A stretch of DNA of 64,000 nucleotides from a virus, in the IMG/VR virus record IMGVR_UViG_3300029267_003532, positions 15,956-79,955 of that record; one strand, given 5' to 3'. Within the stretch, counting starts at the first letter, position 1, and each line of letters opens with the position of its first letter. Below the pieces are notes generated by a model. The model was given only the letters and a program-made list of their open reading frames with translations. It was not told the DNA's origin and made no database searches. Below, piece after piece: positions 16,272-26,075 of the stretch. The translations under genes were made by a program, and so were the position numbers.

Positions 16272-17729
16272 ATGAACCCGTTCTGGCAAACCGACAACAT
16301 CACACTCTACTGCGGCCACGTCCTCGACGTCCTCCAGGCCCTGCAGGCAGAATCTGTACACAGCATCATAACCAGTCCGCCGTACTGGGCATTGCGTGAC
16401 TATGCGCTGCCGCCTGTGGAATGGACTGCCGTTTCCTACGTACCCATCGTCGGCCTGCCTGAAATTAACGTACCGGCTTGGCGCGGCTCCTTCGGCCTCG
16501 AACCCATACCCGAAATGTTCATCGGTCACCTGGTCCTCATCTGGCGTGAGCTGCACCGCGTCCTGCGCGCTGACGGCACCTGCTGGCTCAACCTGGGAGA
16601 CACCTACTCCCAAGACACAAAGTGGGGCGGCAAATCCAGCCACAAGAACGCCCACTCGTGCGCCGGCGGTTATGCGACCGCGCGAAACCTACGAACGCAA
16701 ACCAGACTCAAATCAAAAAACCTCTGTGCCATCCCCTGGCGCGTCGCCCTGGCGCTCCAGGCAGACGGCTGGTATCTCCGCAGCGCCCCGCCGTGGATCA
16801 AACCCAACTGCCAGCCAGAGAGCGTCACCGACCGCGCCACCACCGCGCACGAATACTGGTTCCAGTTCTCCAAATCCAAGCGTTACTACTGGGACCCCAC
16901 CGCCGTGCGCGTCCAATCCGGCAATGGCTGGCATGGCGGGACATTCACAAACGAGCGCAAGCAGCAAACCCAGCCCGGCCTCGGCCACGGTCCCCGTAAC
17001 GAGCGCCCAGGCCGCAATCGTCGCACCTCCGATACCTGGAATGAAAGTCTCGATGCCCGGATCGCCGACTACCGCGCCTACCTTGCGCACCTCGAACACA
17101 TTCGCGACCATGGCGGCCTGCTCCTCGACGAGGTCGGCGATCCCCTGGGGTTGATGTTTTCCACGCGTGGCTACAAAGGCACCCACTTTGCCACATTCAA
17201 CGGCGCACTGATCGAGCCAATGATCAAGGCCAGTACTTCGGGCCGTGGCTGCTGCCCCCAATGCGGCGCGCCCTGGGAGAGGGTAACAGACCGCGAGTTT
17301 ATCCCGCAGCCTGACGTCAGTGTCGCAAAGGGCATAAAAGGCAACAGTTCGCAAAAACCAATGGATCAATCCAGCAATTGGGACGGCTTTCCTCGAGGCA
17401 CGGTGGCAATCACCACCATCGGCTTCCGCCCTACCTGCGCCTGCTACGACCACCTCTACCGTGCTCTACCCCAGGCCCACTCCCCGCGCAAGCGTCACCA
17501 GCGCCAAATCTCTGGCAACTGGTGGAAGCGCGCTCGTCGCCACCCTGGACTGAGCGACTGGCCCGTTGAACCCTGCATCGTCCTCGATCCCTTTGCTGGC
17601 GCGGGTACAACCGGACTAGAATGCATCCGCCTTGGTCGGCGTGTCGTCCTGATCGACCTCAGCGAGGAATATTGCCGTGATCACATTGTACCCCGCCTTT
17701 CCGCCCCCATTCAGCCCATCCTCTTCTAA
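16272..17729 (+). CDS. DNA amino-methyltransferase (N4C/N6A, beta class)
   Basis: TSPPY, WLNLGD, HFATF, DPFAGAGTT; Zn-ribbon insertion. Confidence 0.9.
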   Translation: MNPFWQTDNITLYCGHVLDVLQALQAESVHSIITSPPYWALRDYALPPVEWTAVSYVPIVGLPEINVPAWRGSFGLEPIPEMFIGHLVLIWRELHRVLRADGTCWLNLGDTYSQDTKWGGKSSHKNAHSCAGGYATARNLRTQTRLKSKNLCAIPWRVALALQADGWYLRSAPPWIKPNCQPESVTDRATTAHEYWFQFSKSKRYYWDPTAVRVQSGNGWHGGTFTNERKQQTQPGLGHGPRNERPGRNRRTSDTWNESLDARIADYRAYLAHLEHIRDHGGLLLDEVGDPLGLMFSTRGYKGTHFATFNGALIEPMIKASTSGRGCCPQCGAPWERVTDREFIPQPDVSVAKGIKGNSSQKPMDQSSNWDGFPRGTVAITTIGFRPTCACYDHLYRALPQAHSPRKRHQRQISGNWWKRARRHPGLSDWPVEPCIVLDPFAGAGTTGLECIRLGRRVVLIDLSEEYCRDHIVPRLSAPIQPILF

Positions 17730-17730
17730 C

Positions 17731-17780
17731 ACAAAAACGCCCCTTCATTGCCATTAGGATCATAATCACAATGGAGGGGC
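17731..17780 (-). terminator. Terminator between the convergent early and late regions
   Basis: GCCCCTTCATTG/CAATGGAGGGGC stem with a T-tract on the minus strand. Confidence 0.6.
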
Positions 17781-17804
17781 GCACCATGTATCACGCAACA
17801 CGCA

Positions 17805-19559
17805 TCAGTACCTGTGTCGCCAGAATACCTGGCGGATCAACCACCGCAGCCACGCCGGTACCTCGTCCCACGGCGGTAGCATGTCAAACGGCCAGTCATC
17901 CACGATCTCTAGCTGCGTCTCAGACGCATAGCTAGTGGCACTCGCCACCGGAAAAAACGAGATACCCTGTATCTCTACGGCGAACGGCGCATCGACCACC
18001 TGCTGGCCGTTCAGCAGCACGGTGACCGTATGGTCGCCGCTGGGTACTGGTGTCGGGGTCGGTGTAGGCGAGGGCGTATCCTCGATCACCTCCAGATCAG
18101 CCTCGCCAAAGAACACATCATTCCAGCCCACCGCCCATTCCCAGGTCGTGCGCGTAAAGATCGTTACCTGGTTGGCCAGTGCAACCGCCTCGACCTCGAT
18201 CAATGTCCACTCGTCATACACCCGATCCATCACCTCTGACCAGACGACGCTCGCCGAGGTGAGATCCGTCCCACCGAACGGATCGATTCCGATCCACGTC
18301 CGCCCGTTCCCTTTGCGATCTGGGTTATCTTTGGTACCACTGCCCATCTTGACCTGAAACCATACTCGCAGCCGCTGCCCCGGCTGAGCCTCGGCCACCT
18401 GGTAAATCCCGCCTTCCCAGGTCGTGAACACATGAAAGACTTTTTGGCACTGTCCGTGCCCTGACAGCGCGTGTTCCACATTCGACGTGAACTCTGGCCG
18501 CGTTTCTTCCTTGTTCCACCATGGTACCCAAGGCCGGATCACCTTTAGCGCACTGATCCCATCCACCTCACGCACCGCGCCTGTAAACGTACCATCAAAA
18601 CCGGTCACGTTATCCTCCTCTGGCCTGGCCTCGGGCCGCTCGTATCCCTCTGCCAGCGCCACCTTAAAATCGGCCACCACGCCGGCCTTGTCCAGCCAAT
18701 GCCACGTGTCACAATGCGCCGATCGAAACAACGCCAAGCACCAGATCGTCTGGCGCTCTGGGTCAGCGTTCCACTCGTCGATCTCCCGATAAGCTGCCTG
18801 TACCCAGCCGCTGTTCACGTCCGCCCATTCGACGTCCGGATCTGTCTCGGTGATATAGACCGGTACATCCTGTAGATGATCGGGAATCGCGTGCATAAAG
18901 TCCTGGTAGGCGCGAAAGTGGAATCTGCGGTCCGTGTACGGTGCATCCATCGTCGCCTCGGACGTGACCAGCGCGGGGTCTGTGCCGTGCGTATAGGTGT
19001 GGAGAGTGATACCATCCACAGTACCACCTCGTTCCTCAATGAGCCTCAGCACATCCTGGAAATAGACCAGCCAGTCACCGGACTCATTTCCCGGATAGCC
19101 CGTGTCGACATTCCACGGCGCAACCGCGCCGACAATCACCTGATGCTCTGCGCCAGCCCGCGCCTTGATCTCGCGTTGGCACGCCACAAAGCATGCCGCG
19201 TAATCTGCCGGCGTGATAGGTTGCCCGTGAGGCCACTCCTGCTGGTGATTGGTCTCGTTAGCGATGATCCAATGAGAACAGCCCACACTCGCGGCCGCAA
19301 ATCGGCCAGCTTTGACCGAGAATGCCGGCACGTACTCGTGCTCGGGGATTGTGCCGTCCGGGTTCCAGCCGTTGTTCAGCCGTACCATAGCCACCAGACC
19401 CTGCTCTGCCAAGTGCAGGTACTGCCCTCCGGTCACGATGTCTGGGTCATTGTGGCCGATAGCTTCTGCAATCACAACCCAGCCTTCACGCCCAGCCTCG
19501 ACGATCAGGTAGGCGCCGTCTCTGTCATGGACGCCATAGATAGAATCTGTAGGAAACAT
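17805..19559 (-). CDS. Glycoside-hydrolase-like (TIM barrel) plus CBM-like protein; candidate lysin
   Basis: WIIANETN and VYITETD (clan GH-A-type Glu pair), LHTYTHG; beta-sandwich C-terminal domain; last gene of the late operon. Confidence 0.6.
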   Translation of the reverse strand: MFPTDSIYGVHDRDGAYLIVEAGREGWVVIAEAIGHNDPDIVTGGQYLHLAEQGLVAMVRLNNGWNPDGTIPEHEYVPAFSVKAGRFAAASVGCSHWIIANETNHQQEWPHGQPITPADYAACFVACQREIKARAGAEHQVIVGAVAPWNVDTGYPGNESGDWLVYFQDVLRLIEERGGTVDGITLHTYTHGTDPALVTSEATMDAPYTDRRFHFRAYQDFMHAIPDHLQDVPVYITETDPDVEWADVNSGWVQAAYREIDEWNADPERQTIWCLALFRSAHCDTWHWLDKAGVVADFKVALAEGYERPEARPEEDNVTGFDGTFTGAVREVDGISALKVIRPWVPWWNKEETRPEFTSNVEHALSGHGQCQKVFHVFTTWEGGIYQVAEAQPGQRLRVWFQVKMGSGTKDNPDRKGNGRTWIGIDPFGGTDLTSASVVWSEVMDRVYDEWTLIEVEAVALANQVTIFTRTTWEWAVGWNDVFFGEADLEVIEDTPSPTPTPTPVPSGDHTVTVLLNGQQVVDAPFAVEIQGISFFPVASATSYASETQLEIVDDWPFDMLPPWDEVPAWLRWLIRQVFWRHRY

Positions 19560-19572
19560 TCAGCCAGCCTTT

Positions 19573-19896
19573 CTACGTCTCGGCTATGATAATGAAATAG
19601 TCCTCAAACGTGTTCCCTCCAACCGTGTATTGAATCTCAACTCGATATCGATGACTGGCGGTCAACGATCCAATACGCGGCAGCGTGATCACATCGCCAA
19701 CAACCGATGCAGCACCATCCTCTAGGACTTCATCCGTAACATCCACCCAATCATCCACAGATGTTTTAAGCATGTCGTACACGACAACGGTTATATTCGT
19801 CGGAGATGACCCGTTTGCTGTTGTTGTGTCAGAGTATGCGAGTGATTCATCTATGCCCTGACGAACCTTGTCTAAAAGTCGAATTCCACCACTCAT
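19573..19896 (-). CDS. Small virion/tail adaptor-like protein
   Basis: Beta-rich 107 aa; ATGA overlap with the upstream tail gene. Confidence 0.55.
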   Translation of the reverse strand: MSGGIRLLDKVRQGIDESLAYSDTTTANGSSPTNITVVVYDMLKTSVDDWVDVTDEVLEDGAASVVGDVITLPRIGSLTASHRYRVEIQYTVGGNTFEDYFIIIAET

Positions 19897-21716
19897 GCTT
19901 CCTCCGAAACAAATGTCAGCACGCGCGCTTTGGACGTCCATCCCAATGTTCGCGCAGTTGATACAAAACTCAACGTCCGCGCCTTGGATACAAACGCCTT
20001 CGCCACAGGAATCGTACCAATGTAGACAAGTGCGGTCCCAAATCCAGAATCTGACGCGATTCCGCTCGGTAGAATCGCGACGATACCGACAAGCAGGGAG
20101 ATCACGCCAAAGTCACCCGCACTCACGATACCGACCGGAGAAATTTGCAGGTCTAGCGACGATAACCCAAATACTTCGGAGCTTTCCAATCCGCTTGGCG
20201 TCAATATTCGTGTGCCCGGCAGAACCTGACTTGTCCCAAAGCCCCCGCTCGTTTCTATTCCACTTGGCTGGAGCAGCGTTATCCCTATACCTACTGTCAC
20301 GGACCCAAACGTAGCCCCACTGAGGATGCCAGAAGGAAGTAGCGATACTACACCGGGTGACAATACAGTCGACCCAAACTCAGCGCCCGCCGCAATCCCG
20401 CTTGGTTGGAGCAGCGCTGCACCTGTACTTATTATTGCAGACCCAAATGCAGCTCCACTGAGGATGCCAGAAGGAAGTAGCGATACTACACCGGGTGACA
20501 ATACAGTCGACCCAAACTCCGCGCCCGCCGCAATCCCGCTTGGTTGGAGCAGCGCTGCACCTGTACTTATTATTGCAGACCCAAATGCAGCTCCACTGAG
20601 GATGCCAGAAGGAAGCAATGATACAGCGCCGGGCGATAAGACTGTTGATCCAACGTTTTCCGCACTGGGCAGACCAGCTACAGCCAGCCATAGCCCCAGC
20701 GTCGCCGAACCAAACGTCTCCGCACTTACTATCCCTGACGGCGACAACGATACTGCCCCAGGGGCCAGCGTCGCCGCCCCGATGCCCTCTTCGCTCGTTA
20801 CGCTTGACGCCATCAGGCTTACAGATCCAGGAGACGCAGTATGCGATCCTACGATCTCGCTACTGACAATACCATTACTCAGAAGGGCTACCGCACCGGG
20901 TGACACGATCCCCGCCCCGAACGTCTCGCCTGTGGCCACCCCGCTCGCCACCAGCGTTTGTCCCCCTGTCCCTGCTGCGTACCACACCCGCCTCCGTGGC
21001 CACGCGTACAATTCCCACCGCGTCTCCGGTGCATACATCGACCGAATCACAGTCGCAGGCAATGCGCGGTTGTATAAGCGAGGCTCTGCCATATAAGCCG
21101 TGTTCAGCGCATTTCCACCACCGTACATTGCCCCGAGTGTAATACCCGTATTTCCGTTATCAAATGAACTGCTGTATGTAGCTGAATTGATCTCTTCTCC
21201 ATTCACGTACAACCGGCTTGTTACCCCGTCATATGTTGCTGACAGCAACGTCCATGCGCTGGAAGGCACTGCATTCGCAGCATCCAAGTTCTGTACTCCA
21301 CCGGATGTGTCAACTTTCCATCTCACTCCGTATGGAGCTACCGCATCCGTCGCCCACTGTAGGCATGTGCTCCAATTCCCATTGGACATCATCACGTCAA
21401 AATTCGCCCTGGTACCTGGCTGATACAGCCACACTGACATGGTGATTTCGAGCAGCCCAGACAACGATATGTCCGCCTCAAAGTACCGTGAATTGTTAAA
21501 TGCAGGTACCTGCCCGAGCGAGGTAGACGTCCATGCCGGCGAGTTATACCCCGCCAAGTGCCGGCCACGACCGGACACATCACGGAGCCTGCTGGCCCCG
21601 GCACTCAGCAGCGTTGGCCACCACCCCGCCAACCCAGCCGCCTGTGGCGACTCCCAATTGACTCCCATCCACACATTCGGTGGATGCCGGAACGGCCACC
21701 CGCCCCGAATCGACAC
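19893..21716 (-). CDS. LamG/ConA-like domain tail fibre with SGI.S...FG repeats
   Basis: WTLLSATYDG...LYVNG...RLYNRAL LamG signature; ~23-aa repeats; GTG start overlaps the upstream stop. Confidence 0.8.
   Translation of the reverse strand: MSIRGGWPFRHPPNVWMGVNWESPQAAGLAGWWPTLLSAGASRLRDVSGRGRHLAGYNSPAWTSTSLGQVPAFNNSRYFEADISLSGLLEITMSVWLYQPGTRANFDVMMSNGNWSTCLQWATDAVAPYGVRWKVDTSGGVQNLDAANAVPSSAWTLLSATYDGVTSRLYVNGEEINSATYSSSFDNGNTGITLGAMYGGGNALNTAYMAEPRLYNRALPATVIRSMYAPETRWELYAWPRRRVWYAAGTGGQTLVASGVATGETFGAGIVSPGAVALLSNGIVSSEIVGSHTASPGSVSLMASSVTSEEGIGAATLAPGAVSLSPSGIVSAETFGSATLGLWLAVAGLPSAENVGSTVLSPGAVSLLPSGILSGAAFGSAIISTGAALLQPSGIAAGAEFGSTVLSPGVVSLLPSGILSGAAFGSAIISTGAALLQPSGIAAGAEFGSTVLSPGVVSLLPSGILSGATFGSVTVGIGITLLQPSGIETSGGFGTSQVLPGTRILTPSGLESSEVFGLSSLDLQISPVGIVSAGDFGVISLLVGIVAILPSGIASDSGFGTALVYIGTIPVAKAFVSKARTLSFVSTARTLGWTSKARVLTFVSEEA
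20317..20615. repeat. 138-bp tandem repeat (~2.2 copies)
   Basis: CCACTGAGGATGCCAGAAGGAAG at 20317, 20455 and 20593; near-identical units. Confidence 0.9.
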
Positions 21717-22198
21717 TACTGCACCTCGTCGATCAACGGCGTCACGGTCAAAACCTGATCTGTGCCTGTCGCCGTTAACGCCTGACCACTCTGGTTTATC
21801 ACTACCGGAAGGCCATAGCGCGCCGGTAGCGGAAATATCCAACTTGCCCGCTGAGGGTCGGTGTCATTTGATGCCACCAGTGACCCAACATAGTGGAGTC
21901 GCTTGGCGTCATCCTCGCTGTTATAGGCTGCGTCACTCCCGGAGCATTCACCGTCATAGTCGGTGCCGTCGTGCGAGCTGGACCAGTAGACGTCCACAAC
22001 CTCGCCTGCAGCGGGAGCTGCGTCAAAATCGACCTCTAGGCTGATCCGCGCGCGGGCAGCGTGTGTGGATTCGAAATCGTGCTCGTCTCCAGCGCGTCCA
22101 TTGCCGTCCGCCAGGCTCGTTAGCGTCAATGTCTCGTCGCCGCCCGCGCTCGTCCACACGATATCGGTGCCTTGTTTCTGCAGGACCTCATTAGTCAT
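21716..22198 (-). CDS. Virion structural hypothetical protein
   Basis: 160-aa beta-rich protein in the tail region; AGGTAGG RBS. Confidence 0.65.
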   Translation of the reverse strand: MTNEVLQKQGTDIVWTSAGGDETLTLTSLADGNGRAGDEHDFESTHAARARISLEVDFDAAPAAGEVVDVYWSSSHDGTDYDGECSGSDAAYNSEDDAKRLHYVGSLVASNDTDPQRASWIFPLPARYGLPVVINQSGQALTATGTDQVLTVTPLIDEVQ

Positions 22199-22211
22199 AG
22201 ATTACCTACCT

Positions 22212-22421
22212 CTATGCGGACGTATCCACGCCCGCAGCGAAATTAACCAGGTCGTTGACCACGAATTGGATCTCGTTGTCTGTACTGGACTCTCCACTAT
22301 TCTGGATTGTCGCGTTTTGCAAGAACATCCACATCAACCGGCGCGCCACGGCCTCATTACGTATCGCCTCGGTTGCTGCAGCCACCGCCATCCGATTACG
22401 CAGACTACTACTGCTGCGCAC
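22212..22421 (-). CDS. Small virion-associated hypothetical protein (start uncertain)
   Basis: TDNEIQFVVNDLVNFAAG C-terminus. Confidence 0.45.
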   Translation of the reverse strand: MRSSSSLRNRMAVAAATEAIRNEAVARRLMWMFLQNATIQNSGESSTDNEIQFVVNDLVNFAAGVDTSA

Positions 22422-22448
22422 TGCACCTGCAGACTACAACCGCCATTA

Positions 22449-22682
22449 TCACAACACCTCATTCAACCGCCGCAGCTCAATCTCATCCAACCGCACCACC
22501 CCCTCCTGCAGCGCCCATACAGCTAGCTGCACTCGGTTCTCCAACCGGACCTTGCGCAGAATGTTCGTCATGTGATTCTTGACCGTGTGATACCGGATAC
22601 CTAGCCGTGCAGCCAACTGGCGATTATCCAGACCCCTCACAACTAACCGCACGATCTCGGACTCGCGCAGCGTCAGGGTCAT
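22449..22682 (-). CDS. Stand-alone LuxR-type HTH protein
   Basis: LTLRESEIVRLVVRGLDNRQLAARLGIRYHTVKNHMTNILRK...NRVQLA. Confidence 0.85.
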   Translation of the reverse strand: MTLTLRESEIVRLVVRGLDNRQLAARLGIRYHTVKNHMTNILRKVRLENRVQLAVWALQEGVVRLDEIELRRLNEVL

Positions 22683-23146
22683 TGCATCGGCGCCCGCCAC
22701 GCTGTCGGCTGAGGAGGATATGCTGGCTGCTGCGGATACGCCGTCGCAGTAGGATATGGCGACTCTGTTGGATACGCTGTGGGCAGCGCAGGGCATTCCA
22801 CTGGCCTACACGTAGGAAGCGGTCGAGGTGTCAGCGTTGGTCGAGGTGTCAGCGTTGGTTGAGACGTCAGCGTTGGAGCTGGCGTCCATGTTGCCGAGCA
22901 GTCGATCTGCCCTGGACAATCGTGAAACCATGGAGTAGCCAGACTTGTTGTCGCAGTCGGTTCCGCAGAAGGCACGGTCGACGTAGGCATTGCCGCCGAC
23001 GTGCAAGTCGGCGTCCCGATAGGCGAGATGGGAGAATCGCTCTGCGCAAGCAGCGACCCCGCATTTCGCTCACACACAGTAACCAGTGTTAGCACAACCG
23101 TTAACGCCAATAGTGTTGCGCCTAAGGCCCAAGATTTGATAGACAT
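22679..23146 (-). CDS. Secreted or membrane-anchored Pro/Thr-rich protein
   Basis: N-terminal hydrophobic segment; PTLT repeats; AAGGAG RBS. Confidence 0.65.
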   Translation of the reverse strand: MSIKSWALGATLLALTVVLTLVTVCERNAGSLLAQSDSPISPIGTPTCTSAAMPTSTVPSAEPTATTSLATPWFHDCPGQIDCSATWTPAPTLTSQPTLTPRPTLTPRPLPTCRPVECPALPTAYPTESPYPTATAYPQQPAYPPQPTAWRAPMQ

Positions 23147-23206
23147 TCTTTCTCCTTTACTGAGACCAGGACTATCCCAGTTTGTCGATCATTGAATCAA
23201 CACACT

Positions 23207-23449
23207 TTACCCGATTTCCCCGAAATCTTCCTGGCTCGCCACGCTCTGTGCGGTCAGAACCTGAGCCAGATCTGACCGCTCTTGTAAAGACAAGCTATCT
23301 ACCAAAGCATGGATCTTTTGCTTGCCCTCTCGTCTCTCGATTTCGGCAGTGATTTCACGCTGCTCTGCACGAATTTGTTTCACGTGTTGAGTCCGGTCAC
23401 ACAGCATAGAATACAGTTCGTCCAACGAAGACTTGCTCAAATCATCCAT
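23207..23449 (-). CDS. Hypothetical coiled-coil protein
   Basis: 80 aa, AGGAG RBS. Confidence 0.6.
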   Translation of the reverse strand: MDDLSKSSLDELYSMLCDRTQHVKQIRAEQREITAEIERREGKQKIHALVDSLSLQERSDLAQVLTAQSVASQEDFGEIG

Positions 23450-23450
23450 G

Positions 23451-23828
23451 TTAGTCTCCTGTCTTGTGTCGTATCACGCGTGGCGTGCCAAACACTGCTT
23501 GGCTTGCGATGCCAAGTGCTTTGCTTAGCGGAATATACCGCCGCAGCTTGCTATTCCAAGCAGCCTCGTTGCATGCCTCTTTAAGTAAATCAGGCCGGTT
23601 CGTTAGGCCGATCGGCACACCAAGGCGCGTCAAAATTGCCTGATCGACAATGATCCGCGTCGCCTCGGCTTCTTCCTCTGCCTGCTTGCTCTGAACATAG
23701 AGAGCCTTGGCGAGCGCCTGCGCTGCATCGTGTTCTAGATCCAATAGCTTTCGGCCATTGTGCAGCACGAGCACTCGCGTGCCCTCACGCCGCACAGTAA
23801 CAGTACTAAGCTTCGGAATGAATAGCAC
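23451..23828 (-). CDS. Hypothetical protein
   Basis: 125 aa, AGGAGG RBS. Confidence 0.65.
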   Translation of the reverse strand: MLFIPKLSTVTVRREGTRVLVLHNGRKLLDLEHDAAQALAKALYVQSKQAEEEAEATRIIVDQAILTRLGVPIGLTNRPDLLKEACNEAAWNSKLRRYIPLSKALGIASQAVFGTPRVIRHKTGD

Positions 23829-23837
23829 TTTTCCTCC

Positions 23838-24245
23838 TTACAACTTAAAGATTCTGTTGTCGCCGCTATCCCACTGCACAGTGATATCCCCACCATTGGG
23901 GGTAACAGGCAATCCTGTCGCCGTATCAATGTTGGCAATCAATCGACTCGACGCCTCTACGCCAGTATCCTGGTAGACATCGACCGACTCGCTAACATCT
24001 CCCGTGACGGACGTTAGTGTCACGTCTTCAGCGTCTGCCACACCGGCAGTTTCAGTCTTGCTGCTCAAGTTTTCAGACGTGGACACACGACTTGCAGCAT
24101 CTCGATCTGCCAAGTCTTCATCTGTGCTAAGATTTGGTGTATCATCTGCTTCATCGATCAGAACAATCTTGATGTTGTCGCCGCCCCAATCGATCTCTCC
24201 CGCAAGAAAACCCTCACGCCCCTTATCGTACAATGCATTCGCCAT
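23838..24245 (-). CDS. Tail-associated structural protein
   Basis: MANALYDKGREGFLAGEIDW...GLPVTPNGGDITVQWD...IFKL, a common phage tail-module family. Confidence 0.75.
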   Translation of the reverse strand: MANALYDKGREGFLAGEIDWGGDNIKIVLIDEADDTPNLSTDEDLADRDAASRVSTSENLSSKTETAGVADAEDVTLTSVTGDVSESVDVYQDTGVEASSRLIANIDTATGLPVTPNGGDITVQWDSGDNRIFKL

Positions 24246-24270
24246 GTCAGTCTCCTGTTGTTGAGAGGAA

Positions 24271-25851
24271 CTAGACTCCCTCTTGTTGATCCTGTAGTAG
24301 CCGTGCCAATTTGCGCTCAAATGTATTTCCTGCCCCAGCAGGAATCAAGCGCGCTGTTCGCCCATTCAGGTCTATCTCGGCGCCAACTAGCTGATGCGTC
24401 GTCCATTGATCGCGCAGATCAGAATCTCCGGATAGTAACGTTTCTCCGGCACGAAAATCTGTTACGACGATGATCCCGCGCGCCATGATCTCGTCGACCG
24501 CCTTTGCCTTTCCTGTCGCCGAATATACATGGTCGCGCACAGAGATGTTGCTCGATGCACTGGGCTTCCTTTGCTCAACCACGCGCAAAGCCGCGATAGC
24601 GGTTGCAGTCTCTGCGTCAATCGTGCCAGATACCTTGTACGCAATCTGGCGATAGAGCCCACCAAGTTGTCCAATCGTGTCGTCGTCCGAGGCCACAGCC
24701 GTGCGCTGAACTTGGCCTTGCGCATCAGTGTAGACGACATAGACCTTTTGCGCACTGTCCGTGATCGAACCTCGGACAGAGACCTCGCGCCCGGGCTGTC
24801 GACGCACATAGTATTGTACTGTCTCTTGGTCTTGCTCTTCGATGTATAGTCGACCATCCTCATCAATTCCCCAGGCGAGAATTGTGTTTGCGTTAATTCC
24901 CGCAGTCTTGACGCACCAAGTCATAATGTCTTTAGGCGTCTGGTCGTTCTCAAAGGCGACTGTTCCGGGTAGCTCCAGATCTTCAGCCGTAAGTTGTGTG
25001 AAATCCTGCACGATCCCCCAGGGCTCCATCGCCTCAATCAAGTCACGCGCTACGCGGCCAATGGTGACTGTCTGCTCATCTGTACCAACGACACGCACGT
25101 CCGCAAACCGCCCGTACACCGAACCATCACTGGCTGTGTTTTCGCCCCACTCAGTCAACTCAAATTGCAGATCGATATAGGTCGTGTTGGGATTGGTCTT
25201 AATTGTCTGCACACCACTATAGGACGCAGTCTTGGACCACAGCAATCCTGTATCGTCGTATATCGCAACCTTACCCGGCCAATCAAATGGCAACTCAACG
25301 ACTGTTGAAAATGCTATACGCTCAACACCGCCGCCAAAAGGCATCTCGTACCGCGCATAGACATACTCGCCTGATCGATACTGCGTCCCGCGCCGAGGCT
25401 GCAGGACCAACGCGTCTTCATCGTTGTTCACAGAAAACTTGTTGGGCACAAACGAACCTGACACTTCAGACGGAGTGACCCATTTGCCTACGCGCTGGTC
25501 CTGATATACCCGGTTGTATGGTACGAAATCTAAAAGCGCCCCCTTCCCAACGGCTGTGACCGTGATGGCTTGGCTTGTTGAGCCGGAGCTTTCGCTGATG
25601 TCGACAATCACGCCAACAAAGAGCTTGTTGCACAGTCCTTTGCGCAGGATTACCTCATGCAAGAAGCCCAAGTCTGAATAGTCCGGCCCAATCATTCGAT
25701 CTTCCTGCCATGAGAGCGTGCCATAGCCTCCACCATCCTCACTGTAGAATGAGGACCACCGGATGCCATATGCGTTTAGGTGCCTGTGCTGGACGTCATC
25801 GTGGTCATAGGTCTCCAGCACGGGCGACGTTGTCACAATGCGCGATCTCAT
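24271..25851 (-). CDS. Minor tail / hub-like protein
   Basis: 526 aa in the tail module; ITVTAVGKGALLD and WGIDEDGRLY hub-like pattern. Confidence 0.6.
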   Translation of the reverse strand: MRSRIVTTSPVLETYDHDDVQHRHLNAYGIRWSSFYSEDGGGYGTLSWQEDRMIGPDYSDLGFLHEVILRKGLCNKLFVGVIVDISESSGSTSQAITVTAVGKGALLDFVPYNRVYQDQRVGKWVTPSEVSGSFVPNKFSVNNDEDALVLQPRRGTQYRSGEYVYARYEMPFGGGVERIAFSTVVELPFDWPGKVAIYDDTGLLWSKTASYSGVQTIKTNPNTTYIDLQFELTEWGENTASDGSVYGRFADVRVVGTDEQTVTIGRVARDLIEAMEPWGIVQDFTQLTAEDLELPGTVAFENDQTPKDIMTWCVKTAGINANTILAWGIDEDGRLYIEEQDQETVQYYVRRQPGREVSVRGSITDSAQKVYVVYTDAQGQVQRTAVASDDDTIGQLGGLYRQIAYKVSGTIDAETATAIAALRVVEQRKPSASSNISVRDHVYSATGKAKAVDEIMARGIIVVTDFRAGETLLSGDSDLRDQWTTHQLVGAEIDLNGRTARLIPAGAGNTFERKLARLLQDQQEGV

Positions 25852-26075
25852 TCTGATTCCTTGCTATCAGACCTCAAGCTCAGGTATACGTGTTCTCCGC
25901 GCTGTTCTATACTGTACGGCCCATCAGGCAAACCTTCAGCCTTCGCATATGCAGCCATGACTGCATTCAAGCCCTGGCGCAATGCGCGCAGTTCGTTTTG
26001 CAATGTCTGTTGTTTTTCCTGCAGTACCATGATTGGCACAAGTTGTGCTTCTGTTAGTTGAACTTGACCTGTCAA
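25848..26075 (-). CDS. Hypothetical protein (possible fibre chaperone)
   Basis: 75 aa, coupled to neighbours. Confidence 0.55.
   Translation of the reverse strand: MTGQVQLTEAQLVPIMVLQEKQQTLQNELRALRQGLNAVMAAYAKAEGLPDGPYSIEQRGEHVYLSLRSDSKESE

Noticed and set aside
20317-20615. Diversity-generating retroelement TR/VR pair
   Set aside because: The repeats are tandem and in frame, there is no adenine-specific variation, and no reverse transcriptase is present.
23376-23391. parS-like TGTTTCACGTG
   Set aside because: Only 11 of 16 positions match, the right arm is absent, and it is a single copy inside a CDS.
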